A stretch of DNA of 64,000 bases from Bdellovibrionales bacterium (GTDB taxonomy: Bacteria > Bdellovibrionota > Bdellovibrionia > Bdellovibrionales > JAMPXM01): NCBI GenBank assembly GCA_043739185.1, contig JAYUEN010000386.1, positions 93,443 to 157,442 of the forward strand. Direction: 5' to 3'. Position 1 is the first letter of the stretch. Each line of letters opens with the position of its first letter. The notes beneath the pieces were generated by a model that did not search any database, had not been told where the DNA came from, and saw nothing but the letters and a program-made list of their open reading frames with translations. Shown one piece after another: positions 40,715 through 50,679 of this stretch. The position numbers were made by a program, and so were the translations under genes.

Positions 40715-41572
40715 GTGCTTGTGCGCAAAGCTATAGGAAATGTTAAAAATGCATTTCAAAAATTAGATACAAAATTACAACTTCATCGTCATAAAGTTCG
40801 CGACTTCAAACCCAATGTCAGTTTTGAGTTTGAACGTGGAGACTACTTAGTAAAAACCGCCCAAAATGGCGAAGAACTTGAAGCTTGCCTAAGATTGCGC
40901 TTTGAGGTTTTTCATCGCGAATTCATGCAGATCGAACGTGAACACGGAGTCGATATTGATAAGCTCGACTTTGTTTGCGATCATTTGATGATAATAGATC
41001 GTAGATCAGAATCTAAAGTAATCGGAACCTATCGTCTCAATTGTACCAAGTTCACCAACGAATTTTATTCAGAAGGTGAATTTAAATTGGGAAATCTACT
41101 AGACGGCACCGGAATTAAATTGGAACTCGGCCGTGCCTGCATTGAAAAAGATTTTCGCAATGGAGTGGTGATTGCCCTTTTATGGAGGGCAATCGCTCAA
41201 TATCTAGGGGCGACAGAGAGCAGCCTTCTTTTTGGCTGTGCAAGTGTTAAAACTATGGACCTTCAAGAGTCGGCATTGATGTACAAATATCTCGAAAAAC
41301 ACAAGCACCTTGATTTGAGTTATGGCGTGATTCCGACCAAGAAATTTCTTTTTCCGAATTTAACTGAAAAGCTAACTCAAATCACATTGAGTGAGGACGA
41401 AGAAAAAGAAATAGAGAAAAATATTCCGGCACTTTTTAAGTCTTATTTGCGCATGAATGCAAAGGTCTTAGGAGAGCCCGCATTAGATCGTGATTTTTCA
41501 TGTATTGATTTTTTAACTGTTTTAAAAGTATCAGATTTAAATCCAGTATTTATGAAAAAATACAAAGTATGA
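40715..41572 (+). CDS. GNAT N-acyltransferase (OlsB-like)
   Basis: LRLRFEVF..E, D..D..CDHL, IGTYRL, LELGRAC, LFGCAS, YLRM.A...GEPALD.DF. Confidence 0.88.
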   Translation: MLVRKAIGNVKNAFQKLDTKLQLHRHKVRDFKPNVSFEFERGDYLVKTAQNGEELEACLRLRFEVFHREFMQIEREHGVDIDKLDFVCDHLMIIDRRSESKVIGTYRLNCTKFTNEFYSEGEFKLGNLLDGTGIKLELGRACIEKDFRNGVVIALLWRAIAQYLGATESSLLFGCASVKTMDLQESALMYKYLEKHKHLDLSYGVIPTKKFLFPNLTEKLTQITLSEDEEKEIEKNIPALFKSYLRMNAKVLGEPALDRDFSCIDFLTVLKVSDLNPVFMKKYKV

Positions 41573-42339
41573 TTCAGCAAATCGCAAATGGGACATATAT
41601 TACTAGCCTCATTGGGCTCTATGCGGCTCGAGGTATCCTTGCAAAAAAAATCATTCGCGACCCCAATGCACTTTTAAAATATTATACAAACAGTGTATCG
41701 AAGCGCTCTCGCTCCGCGCTTTCAAAACTCAATTTTGAAATTGAAGTTAAGGGTTTTAATTCTGAATTGATGGCAAAAGACAACTATCTGTTGGTGAGCA
41801 ATCATATGTCCTATCTCGATATTTTAGTGATTTCATCAGTGGTTCCGGCGGTATTTGTTACTTCAGTAGATCTCAAAGAGTCGGGTTTTCTTGGTACCTT
41901 GGCAGAGCTCGGGGGAAGTATTTTTGTCGAACGCCGCAATCGGAGTCAGATTGAGCGCGATCTTGAGAGCATGACTCAAACTCTAAAAGATGGGTTTAAT
42001 ATCATGATCTATCCAGAGGGAACGAGTAGCAATGGCGAAAAAGTTCTGCCATTTAAAAAATCTTTGCTGATGTCAGCTGTCAATTCTGGCAAAAATATAA
42101 TGCCCGTTTGTATAAAATACCGGGAGATCAATGGCAAAGCTTTCTCGGCTGAAAATCGCGACCATGTTTGTTGGTATGGGGATATGAATTTTATTCCTCA
42201 TTTTATGCAATTGCTGAAAACAGAAAAGGTCAAAGTAGAGCTTGAATTTTTGAATCTCGTCAAGACAACTCCCAATTCGACTCGGGATGAATTGTCACGC
42301 CAATGTTTCGATCAAATCAGTGCGGCTTTTCAGAGTTAG
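41569..42339 (+). CDS. Lysophospholipid acyltransferase (OlsA/PlsC-like)
   Basis: NHMSYLD (HxxxxD), FVER, YPEGT, PFK. Confidence 0.9.
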   Translation: MIQQIANGTYITSLIGLYAARGILAKKIIRDPNALLKYYTNSVSKRSRSALSKLNFEIEVKGFNSELMAKDNYLLVSNHMSYLDILVISSVVPAVFVTSVDLKESGFLGTLAELGGSIFVERRNRSQIERDLESMTQTLKDGFNIMIYPEGTSSNGEKVLPFKKSLLMSAVNSGKNIMPVCIKYREINGKAFSAENRDHVCWYGDMNFIPHFMQLLKTEKVKVELEFLNLVKTTPNSTRDELSRQCFDQISAAFQS

Positions 42340-42361
42340 GACTCTAGGGGCCCTTGGACCC

Positions 42362-42919
42362 TTAATTCGAATCGCCCGGCAAAAGTTGTTCAGGGATATC
42401 CTTAAAGCTAGAAACCTGACCTTGTGGGGTGAAATCAATCTGCCAGATACGATCAAAAACAATGCTGTCCCAAGCAGGAGCATTTTGTGCTCCGAAGGCA
42501 ACAGCTAAATCCTGAAGGTTCGAATGTCTCCAGACGAGAAAAACCATCTTATTATTGAAAGCAGGGTTTCCTAAAATAATATTCGCAATCTCTCTTGTCT
42601 GATCTGGTCCAAAATTAGTGTTTAGTTTTAAGCCGAGGCTTTTGGCTAAAGGAGTTGCCGTTTCGACACCTCGTTCACTGCCATCACCAAAATTATTAAA
42701 AGCAAAAATAGCAACTGGTTTACCGAATAATAAAAGTTGGGGCTTCTTAAGAAAAAGTTGAGTGAGCGCTTGGGCTCGTTGAACGCCACGTGGAGAAAGA
42801 TGAACATTATTTTTATCTGCTGGTTTTTCGCCATGTCGAATAATCAGAACTCTTGAGGGATATGCAAATACTTGTGGCGCGAACAATAAGGTCAAAAAAA
42901 GACTTGCTAGTAATTTCAA
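42362..42919 (-). CDS. Secreted histidine-phosphatase-family protein
   Basis: Signal peptide; IIRHGEKP; LS.RG..RA; VWRH. Confidence 0.82.
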   Translation of the reverse strand: MKLLASLFLTLLFAPQVFAYPSRVLIIRHGEKPADKNNVHLSPRGVQRAQALTQLFLKKPQLLLFGKPVAIFAFNNFGDGSERGVETATPLAKSLGLKLNTNFGPDQTREIANIILGNPAFNNKMVFLVWRHSNLQDLAVAFGAQNAPAWDSIVFDRIWQIDFTPQGQVSSFKDIPEQLLPGDSN

Positions 42920-42956
42920 AAAATCCCCCTCAGGTTATTTGAACTGATCCATTGGC

Positions 42957-44183
42957 TTAGTTGACGTAAAATGGATTGGTATAAATCCAAGTAAGCCATC
43001 TTTTACCATCCGGAAGCGGAAAGGTGGGTATCACCCTCACAACGACCTTATATACACCCTTTGAGGGAATTTCAAATCTTGATTCCTGCGAATTAAAGGT
43101 TCTTATGGCGATGCCGTCGCGAATAATGGTGACCTCAAAGTCTACTATTGGTTTTTGGGGTAGATGAGTATTCAAGTATATATGCGGAGCGAAATGAAGC
43201 TCAGATCCTATCGGCAGGATATGGTCCCCGTCTTCTAAATAGGAGTTAAAGCCTTTTGGATTGGCGAGGGTATCAAAGCTCATATAAAACTGAGATTTTC
43301 TTAGTGCAGACACGATCTTCCTGCGATCGCCATCAAAATTTCCTGTCAACTCAGAATTGAGCAAAACATGATTGCTGAGCAGTCCAAATGAGACCAAATA
43401 CGAAGGGAATTTTAGGGAAAAATTGCCAATAGAACCTGTTCTAGCCGTCGCATCTGCGCCTGCAAATCCAATGAATTTTCGCTTTCTCAGAATCGAGTCC
43501 CAAAATTCATTTTCTTCTTTTGGATCTTCGTAAATTCTCAAAAGCGCCAATTGCGAATTGAAAGGGTAAGTGAGCACACTCCAAATAAATGAGAGTTTCG
43601 ATTTTTGCCACGCCTTTTGCCAAATGACCTTTAGATTCAAAAGTTCAAACCCATCTAAGCCACTAGGAATCGGACCACTCCAAGCATAACCTTGCTTAAA
43701 TGGATGCGCTAATATGAGAATGTCTTTTTTGGCCTCTGAAGACTTTTGAGAAAGTTGATCGGCCAAAATAACTTGAGCTTTACCATAACTATCAATTGGA
43801 CTCGCATGCAAAACATCAAAGAAAATAAGATGAGTGTCCACATAATTGTATTGGCCAGCAACCAGAGTCAGAGTCCTTTGATGATATCCCTCTGCCGAGT
43901 AATTCTGTGTGAAATCATTGATATCAGATAGTATTAAAAAATCATTGCCTGACTCTTGCGCCGCACGAATGACCTCACCTGGAGAGCCGCTGCCCTGGCT
44001 GATCGTAGTGTGAACGTCTACCTGTCCACGATAATCATAAAAGCCTGACGGATTCTTTGGTTGCAATTCGTCTGTCAAAACAGACGGGTGAAATTGTGTA
44101 AGATAAAGACCATAAACAAAAAATGCAAAAAACATTGTTGCCACAAATATAAAGGCACGCATTTTTTTATTCCTTACTTGCAC
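42957..44183 (-). CDS. Membrane-anchored PHP-like metallohydrolase
   Basis: DVHT..S.G, LSD.N, LAHP, GADA, WIYTNP; several His ligands appear replaced. Confidence 0.75.
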   Translation of the reverse strand: MQVRNKKMRAFIFVATMFFAFFVYGLYLTQFHPSVLTDELQPKNPSGFYDYRGQVDVHTTISQGSGSPGEVIRAAQESGNDFLILSDINDFTQNYSAEGYHQRTLTLVAGQYNYVDTHLIFFDVLHASPIDSYGKAQVILADQLSQKSSEAKKDILILAHPFKQGYAWSGPIPSGLDGFELLNLKVIWQKAWQKSKLSFIWSVLTYPFNSQLALLRIYEDPKEENEFWDSILRKRKFIGFAGADATARTGSIGNFSLKFPSYLVSFGLLSNHVLLNSELTGNFDGDRRKIVSALRKSQFYMSFDTLANPKGFNSYLEDGDHILPIGSELHFAPHIYLNTHLPQKPIVDFEVTIIRDGIAIRTFNSQESRFEIPSKGVYKVVVRVIPTFPLPDGKRWLTWIYTNPFYVN

Positions 44184-45579
44184 CCACGAGTCGAAAAAAA
44201 TCAGTTATTTCTGTTGAAGAGACTTCACGGTAACCTAAGTCTAACAGCTCTTTAGAAAGGGGCTGATAGCGCTCACAAAATATCCTAATTCGCTTTTCAT
44301 TTGGAGTCGATTCTTTTTGAAAATCAAAATAGTCGATACGACTAAGACCCACTGCTTTATAGAGAAGAGGAGAGGTGAACCGGGTCTTATAAGATATCAT
44401 TGCCGCCATTTGATAAGAACTCGCAAAGTAATTCTGCGAGTCTTTTTCATAAATACTCACTAAGGGGTCATATTTCTTCATTTCATAGGTTTTAAGTTCA
44501 CGCTCATCAATTGGGATCCAAGGAGTCAGAATCTGGGCGATGACCAGAATCCAAGCGAGTAGCCAAATACCAAAGGTTATCTTGAAGGCCTTTGATTGTT
44601 TTAACCCATAATAACCAAGACAGATCAGGGCGGGATAGGCAGCAATGGGCCAATTGGCCTCTACCTTTGATTTGAGTGAAGTGATTAAAAAAAATAGAAT
44701 TGGAAACCAGCCAAAGTAGTAAACAAGTCTCAAATCATTTTCTTTGGGCTTTTTCATTGCAACTAAAAACACGGTCGGGAAAAGAAGGAAAAATTGACCA
44801 AGACAGTATTCAAGCGGCCAGCGAATTTTCCAGGCGTCGTTGGTTGCCAAGCCGTGCTGCAATTGAAAGCGAAAAGATGCAAAGTCATTTTGAATATTCC
44901 ATAGTAGCACGGGACTTGAAAAAACCAAGCCCGTGAAAATCAATATTAAAATTCCCTTTTTTGAAAGCTGGCGCCACGCTTTCTCGAGGCTTAAATAAAA
45001 AATGGCTGCCGGAACAAACAAGACGATATGATATTTTGAACAAAACCCAAGGCCCAGACTTGCACCCAAAAATGCATATAACAAACAGGTCGGCTTTGAT
45101 TGGCTTGAAGCATTTAATATTTGAACAAATAGGTAAATCGATAATGACCAAAAAAATACCAGCGGCGCATCAGGAGTGGCAACAATAGAGCCCATTCCCC
45201 ACAGCGGAGACAAAATGGCAAAAAGGAGAAATTGAATCAATTGGCTCTCGGTTAAATGCTTTTTGAGAATCAAATACCAAAAATAGAGGCTCAAATGCGC
45301 CAAGAGAATCGAGGGGAGACGTGAAATTTGCAAATGGCTAAGCGAAAAAAACGCATCCAACTTAGCGCCTAAATAAAAAAGCCACGCCACCATTGCGGGA
45401 TGATCGAAATAACTCATTTGTGGGTGTTGTCCCCAAAACCAATAGTAGGCTTCATCGGCAGACATCGGAAGGAGAGCGCCAAAAACCAATTTCAAAAGAA
45501 GGCAGGCAAAAAATACTTTAAGAAAATTGTTCAATTCGAGGCCCGCAAATTTAAATGCATTATTTTTTGATCCTCGCAT
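44167..45579 (-). CDS. ArnT/PMT-type (GT-C) glycosyltransferase
   Basis: DEAYY..W, YFDHP, TPDAPL, LG..SKY, multiple TM helices. Confidence 0.9.
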   Translation of the reverse strand: MRGSKNNAFKFAGLELNNFLKVFFACLLLKLVFGALLPMSADEAYYWFWGQHPQMSYFDHPAMVAWLFYLGAKLDAFFSLSHLQISRLPSILLAHLSLYFWYLILKKHLTESQLIQFLLFAILSPLWGMGSIVATPDAPLVFFWSLSIYLFVQILNASSQSKPTCLLYAFLGASLGLGFCSKYHIVLFVPAAIFYLSLEKAWRQLSKKGILILIFTGLVFSSPVLLWNIQNDFASFRFQLQHGLATNDAWKIRWPLEYCLGQFFLLFPTVFLVAMKKPKENDLRLVYYFGWFPILFFLITSLKSKVEANWPIAAYPALICLGYYGLKQSKAFKITFGIWLLAWILVIAQILTPWIPIDERELKTYEMKKYDPLVSIYEKDSQNYFASSYQMAAMISYKTRFTSPLLYKAVGLSRIDYFDFQKESTPNEKRIRIFCERYQPLSKELLDLGYREVSSTEITDFFRLVGASKE

Positions 45580-45599
45580 TTGAATTCATGACTTGGGGC

Positions 45600-46664
45600 T
45601 TACGGGACCTCTAACTTTTTAGGTTTTCCCAAATCTCCCGGAACGCCTCTGTCTTTTCCGTTAACCGTGAGGTTGACAGCGCCGCCGTCGCTAAACTTCA
45701 TGCTGACTTTTCTTTTGGCTTTTATACTTTGAACCTCTTCGTGGTGCAAAGTCATTTTTTTAGGGGCTTCGCTATCAATTTGCACGATGATATCGACATC
45801 ATTGAGGGCTTCAATTATGACTTCTTGAGATTTTACCATTGAGGGACTAGCAATCGGACTTGGGCCAGGAGAAGAATTCGTTTTAGGGGTAGCGCTGGGT
45901 GTTGGCTTTGGGCTTGGAGTTGCCACGGGAGTTGGAGACGGACTAGGCGTTGCCTCAGGCGTTGGCGTTGGTGTCGGTGTCGGTGTCGGTGTCGAAACAG
46001 GCGTCGGAGTAGGGGTAGCAATTGGCTTCGGAGTCGCCGTCGGTTTTGGTGTGGGAACAGGGGTTGCAACCGGCGTTGCAACCGGCGTACTCACTGGCAT
46101 TGGTGTGGCACTAGCAATTGCATCACTAGACTTCTCAACCTGGGGTGTACTATTCGGCGGCGGGGTCCCATTGGCGGGATTCATTTCTGCAATTGGATTT
46201 ATTTGCGGAATTGACTCGCTTTCATAGCTATCCATTTTGCGTTTTATCAGACCAATAATCACAATTAAAATGAAAATTGCAATGACACCATAAACTTTAA
46301 AATAACCAATTTTTTGATTGTCCGCCAAAGTATTGAGGCGCGATTTATCGGCGCGAGCATTCTCACGGAGCTCTTCGGTTTTCTGAAGTTCGCCCGTAAC
46401 CTGATCGCGCACGGCTACTTCCGGTCGAGTCGAGCCCATCTCTTCAAAAAATACCTTTAGGATTTCATTGGTATCGATCTGCAAAAAGCTAGCATAAGAG
46501 GCTACAAAGCCGCGCAGAAAAGTCTTTGGCGGCAGCCGATCGATGGCGCCTTCTTCCATAGCTGTGATATTTTTAGTATTGATTTTAGTGGCGGTCGAAA
46601 CTTCATAAATTGAAATTCCTTTTTTCTCACGCGCTTCTTTTAAAATGGTGCCGGTTTTTTTCAT
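45600..46664 (-). CDS. rodZ: RodZ-like HTH membrane protein with PT-repeat linker
   Basis: G..LKEARE, FLRGFV.SYA, TM segment, (PT)n linker, C-terminal GGAVNLTVNG. Confidence 0.85.
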   Translation of the reverse strand: MKKTGTILKEAREKKGISIYEVSTATKINTKNITAMEEGAIDRLPPKTFLRGFVASYASFLQIDTNEILKVFFEEMGSTRPEVAVRDQVTGELQKTEELRENARADKSRLNTLADNQKIGYFKVYGVIAIFILIVIIGLIKRKMDSYESESIPQINPIAEMNPANGTPPPNSTPQVEKSSDAIASATPMPVSTPVATPVATPVPTPKPTATPKPIATPTPTPVSTPTPTPTPTPTPEATPSPSPTPVATPSPKPTPSATPKTNSSPGPSPIASPSMVKSQEVIIEALNDVDIIVQIDSEAPKKMTLHHEEVQSIKAKRKVSMKFSDGGAVNLTVNGKDRGVPGDLGKPKKLEVP

Positions 46665-46672
46665 TTCAAAAC

Positions 46673-47437
46673 CTACTTATTCATTTCTTCAATCATATTT
46701 TTTGCTCGGGCTGCATATTTTCCGTTTGGATAATACTTAAGTACCTCTTCCATACGAGCGATCCCCTTTTCGCGATTTCCCATTCGAAAATAAGAAATAC
46801 CACTGTAATAGTGAGGTTCATCAAAATGGCTCTGTTTGCAAAAAACGATAGCGCGGTCGAGCTCTGCAGAAGCATGCGAAAAATCATCAAGCTCTAGTTC
46901 TGATCTACCAAAAAGGGTGTGCGCCAAACAATGGGATCGATTCAATTTGATAGCTTCAAGAAATTTATTTTTGGCAATTTCGTACTGCGCTTTTTGAAAA
47001 TAAGCCAAGCCCAAATTCACCCAGGCTTTTTCTGCAGATTGGTAGGTCAAATCATTTAGTACCCGCTCGAGCTCTTTAATGGCCATATCGTTGCGGCCCA
47101 ATTCGATATGAACACGAGCCAAATTATTAAGGGCGTCAGTATAATCAGGTTTAATTTTAAGTGCCAAGCCAAGGTGTTTCTCTGCCTCTTCGTACTTTTC
47201 TCTTACGAAATAGGCTAAGCCTAAATTATTTTCAATCATCTCATTGTCGGGATCGAGTTCGTGAGCTTCCATGAGTTCTTTCATGGCAATAGGGTAATTT
47301 CCACCTGAAAGTTGCGCCGTGCCGATTTGTAAATGTAGCTGGGCGGCCTCTTTGCTTTTTGGAGTGGTTTCGCAAGAGCTCAATCCCAAAATCGCGCACG
47401 CAAATAGGAGCTGAGTAAATCTTTGGGACATTGACAT
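46673..47437 (-). CDS. TPR lipoprotein, type IV pilus pilotin PilF/Tgl-like
   Basis: Lipobox LSSC, TPR repeats NNLG/NNLA/VNLG, position before rodZ. Confidence 0.82.
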   Translation of the reverse strand: MSMSQRFTQLLFACAILGLSSCETTPKSKEAAQLHLQIGTAQLSGGNYPIAMKELMEAHELDPDNEMIENNLGLAYFVREKYEEAEKHLGLALKIKPDYTDALNNLARVHIELGRNDMAIKELERVLNDLTYQSAEKAWVNLGLAYFQKAQYEIAKNKFLEAIKLNRSHCLAHTLFGRSELELDDFSHASAELDRAIVFCKQSHFDEPHYYSGISYFRMGNREKGIARMEEVLKYYPNGKYAARAKNMIEEMNK

Positions 47438-47516
47438 TTTATTGACTCTTTCTGGTGCCGAAACTTCTTGTTGTACGTCGACTAAATGCTATCAGATAAA
47501 AATCAAACTGGCAAAA

Positions 47517-48686
47517 TCACTCAGGTCTAGTCGCCGACTCTAATTCAACTCTCTCTAGTCCAACGATACATTCGACATGATCGGTCTGGGGAAACATATC
47601 AATGGGTTGAATTTTGCTAATGACATAATCTTGGGATAAAAACTTTAGATCTCGAGCCAAGGTCGCTGGATGGCAGCTTACATAAATGATCGAGTGCGGC
47701 TTTTTTTCGGCCAAGATTTTCATGACTTCGGGGTCGCAACCGGTTCTGGGAGGATCTAATACCACTAAATTGGCTGACAAATTATAGGTGGTATGCCTGA
47801 GAAATTCCTCTACTTTTGACTGGTGAAACTCAATTTGACCTTCATGTTTTGAAACTCTAAGGAAGTTGCGTGCATCCGAAATATTTTTTGGACTCAATTC
47901 GACGCCAATAATCTTCGAGTTTTTAAATTGTTGGGCAAGTGAAAAACTTAAGTTTCCGCCGCCACAATAGAGATCGAAAATCTGTTTGGAATTATTCTTC
48001 GCGATGAGACCTTGGGCCAGCTCACCGACAAGGACGCGCAACTTTTCATTTTGAGCGGAATTCACCTGTGAAAAGCCCGCATCTAAGTCCGATTGATGAT
48101 GAGCGGAATCTATTTTCAATTCGATTCGTTCGCTTTTTGCTAATTTCTTCTTCAAGGATTCTTTTCGAATTTGCGCAAATTTTTGTGTGATTTTTTCATC
48201 GGTAATAAGGCAATCGTCAATAGGGACTATTTCATGCGTGTTCTTTTTGAAAAATCCCAGCTGTCCCTTTAGCGCATGAATTTGAATGCGGTTTCGATAA
48301 CGAAATTCAAGTGGACTTGCAATGCAAGTTTCGACCTTAATTTTTTCAAAGCCACTGAACTTTTGCATCGACTCTTGAATCAAGGAGGCTTTTTGATTGA
48401 GCTGCTCTTGATATGTAATGTGTTGCCAGCTGCAGCCGCCGCAGGCCTGCCAATGCGGGCATGGGGGAGTGATCCTGGCTTCTGAAGCCTCGAGGATTTG
48501 AACAATTTCTGCCTCTGCATAATTTTTTTTAAGAAAGGTAATTCGCACCTTGAGTCGTTCGCGAGGTGCTGCGCGCTCAACGAATATGACAGCTCCATCG
48601 TGTCTTGCAACGCCGCGTCCGCCTACTGAAAGGCGATCAACGCGAACTTCTAAAATTTGATGAAGCTCTAAAGCTCGTTCAATAAT
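47517..48686 (-). CDS. rlmD: 23S rRNA m5U methyltransferase RlmD-like with TRAM domain
   Basis: CPHW..CGGC, YRNR, FSQVN, DLYCGGG, LDPPRTG, YVSC, DMFPQTDHVE; the frame stays open upstream of the ORF-track GTG and encodes the TRAM motif. Confidence 0.85.
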   Translation of the reverse strand: MIERALELHQILEVRVDRLSVGGRGVARHDGAVIFVERAAPRERLKVRITFLKKNYAEAEIVQILEASEARITPPCPHWQACGGCSWQHITYQEQLNQKASLIQESMQKFSGFEKIKVETCIASPLEFRYRNRIQIHALKGQLGFFKKNTHEIVPIDDCLITDEKITQKFAQIRKESLKKKLAKSERIELKIDSAHHQSDLDAGFSQVNSAQNEKLRVLVGELAQGLIAKNNSKQIFDLYCGGGNLSFSLAQQFKNSKIIGVELSPKNISDARNFLRVSKHEGQIEFHQSKVEEFLRHTTYNLSANLVVLDPPRTGCDPEVMKILAEKKPHSIIYVSCHPATLARDLKFLSQDYVISKIQPIDMFPQTDHVECIVGLERVELESATRPE

Positions 48687-48723
48687 AAATTCTCAATTCT
48701 TGCGGGAACGTGACAAAAGAAGT

Positions 48724-49149
48724 CTATTTATTTACAAATTCAGATTTTTCAAAAAACAAAGCAAGTTCGCGCTGTGCGCTTTCTGCAGAGTCACTTCCGT
48801 GAACAGAATTTTCTCCGACGCTGTCGCCGAACTCAGCGCGAATAGTACCCGGAGCCGCCTTCTTAGGGTCAGTAGCGCCCATAATTTCTCGATTTTTTGC
48901 AATTGCATTGTCGCCACTTAAACACATCAAAAGAACAGGCCCAGAAGTCATAAAACTCACGAGTTCACCGAAAAAGGGACGGGCTTTGTGTTCTGCATAA
49001 AACTCTTCGCACTTTGTTTTGCTTATGACAGTTAATTTCGCCGCAGCAATTTTGAGCCCTGCTTTTTCAAATTTATTGATGATGCCGCCGATATTGTTTT
49101 TCTTAACAGCGTTTGGCTTAATAATACTAAAGGTCATTTCCTTAGACAT
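48724..49149 (-). CDS. ndk: Nucleoside diphosphate kinase
   Basis: IIKPNAV, FYAEH, MTSGP, HGSDS. Confidence 0.98.
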   Translation of the reverse strand: MSKEMTFSIIKPNAVKKNNIGGIINKFEKAGLKIAAAKLTVISKTKCEEFYAEHKARPFFGELVSFMTSGPVLLMCLSGDNAIAKNREIMGATDPKKAAPGTIRAEFGDSVGENSVHGSDSAESAQRELALFFEKSEFVNK

Positions 49150-49213
49150 TTCTGATCTCCTTGGTTTTTATAATCTCATCTTGCTAACACTTCAGGGGCG
49201 GCATTTCAAGAAG

Positions 49214-49777
49214 CTATTTTAGCTTTCGTGGTGGATGCCAAGTGAGGCCCGAAAGAATGCGTCTTTTGGGCTGAATTGCGATTTCTACTGGGGAGCCGGG
49301 TTCAGTTTTCTCTTCCTCTTCGGCAGAAATGAGAAAGGCATATCCAAAATTAGAGCCACCTTTTGCCGTACATCGAACCTCGTGCTCAGCCTCTTCAGCA
49401 CCTCTTGTGCAATTGCCTAGAACTTTAAGTGCAACCAGATCCTCAAGTTTTGAGCCGAGGTGAATCCCGTCCGGAGTTTTGATTTTTGGATCTAGAATGA
49501 TCACGCTATATATATAAGTTGCGCCCACGGTATTGGCGTTTATTTCTAAAAGAATCTCATCTCCTTGCAAAATTCTAAAAGTTTCACCCGAGGCCTCTCC
49601 ATCCATGAAAAAGGTATCGGTTTTAACTTTATAGCCCTTAAAAAGCTTTTTGATCTGCCACAGATTGGCTTGGGTTTTTTCATTGAGCGGCCCAAGTGAA
49701 CTTTCGCTCAGTTTAAAAGTTTCAAAGGCATTTGCCTGACTGAACATCAACGAAACAACAAAAAATAAAGCTCTCAT
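49214..49777 (-). CDS. Secreted protein, possibly DUF1131/YfeY-like
   Basis: Signal peptide ending ANA; G..LG, C..G......V.C pattern; family call tentative. Confidence 0.6.
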   Translation of the reverse strand: MRALFFVVSLMFSQANAFETFKLSESSLGPLNEKTQANLWQIKKLFKGYKVKTDTFFMDGEASGETFRILQGDEILLEINANTVGATYIYSVIILDPKIKTPDGIHLGSKLEDLVALKVLGNCTRGAEEAEHEVRCTAKGGSNFGYAFLISAEEEEKTEPGSPVEIAIQPKRRILSGLTWHPPRKLK

Positions 49778-49830
49778 AAAATCACCCAATTGAACTCGCA
49801 GCCAACTTTAAGCTTGGCCGCAGTTTAAGA

Positions 49831-50679
49831 TTATTTTGCCAAATCCGCAGGACTTCTCGCGATTTTACAGCCGGCACTTTGCAAGGCTTCAAACTTGGCC
49901 TCTGCAGTTCCCTTTCCACCGCTGATAATGGCTCCGGCATGGCCCATTCTTTTGCCCTTGGGTGCAGTAGCGCCCGCAATAAAACAGGTCACTGGCTTTT
50001 TAAATTCGCGCTTAATGTATTCAGCAGCATCTTCTTCGGCGGTCCCGCCGATTTCGCCAATCATAATTACAGAATGGGTATCGGGATCGCGATTAAACAT
50101 TTCGAGGATATCGATAAAATTAGTGCCGTTCACTGGGTCACCACCAATCCCCACGCAAGTACTTTGACCGAGACCAATGCGAGTGAGTTGCCCAACGGCT
50201 TCATAAGTCAGGGTACCTGAGCGTGAAAGCACTCCCACATGACCTTTTTTGTGAATGGCTCCTGGCATAATTCCAATTTTACACTCGCCTGGAGTGATAA
50301 CCCCAGGGCAATTGGGCCCAATCAATCTGGTTTTTTTGCCAAGCATAAATCTTTTGACAGCAACCATATCTAAAACCGGAATTCCCTCGGTTATACAAAC
50401 GACCAATTCAACGCCAGCATCAACGGCTTCCATTATCGAGTCTGCGGCAAAAGGTGGGGGAACATAAATAACTGAAGCGTTGGCGCCAGTTTTCGAAACC
50501 GCTTCTTCAACGGTATTGAAAATTGGCAAATTGAGATGGGTACCGCCGCCTTTGCCAGGTGTGACTCCACCGACCATTTTGGTTCCGTACTCAACAGCTT
50601 GTTGAGAGTGAAAGGTCCCTTGTGAGCCGGTAAAACCTTGGCAGATTACTTTGGTGTTTTTATTAATTAGGATAGACAT
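49831..50679 (-). CDS. sucD: Succinyl-CoA synthetase alpha subunit
   Basis: [26 protein letters not shown]. Confidence 0.97.
   Translation of the reverse strand: MSILINKNTKVICQGFTGSQGTFHSQQAVEYGTKMVGGVTPGKGGGTHLNLPIFNTVEEAVSKTGANASVIYVPPPFAADSIMEAVDAGVELVVCITEGIPVLDMVAVKRFMLGKKTRLIGPNCPGVITPGECKIGIMPGAIHKKGHVGVLSRSGTLTYEAVGQLTRIGLGQSTCVGIGGDPVNGTNFIDILEMFNRDPDTHSVIMIGEIGGTAEEDAAEYIKREFKKPVTCFIAGATAPKGKRMGHAGAIISGGKGTAEAKFEALQSAGCKIARSPADLAK

Noticed and set aside
45850..46110. CRISPR-like or tandem DNA repeat (GGTGTC)n
   Set aside because: It is the coding sequence of the Pro-Thr linker of the RodZ-like protein
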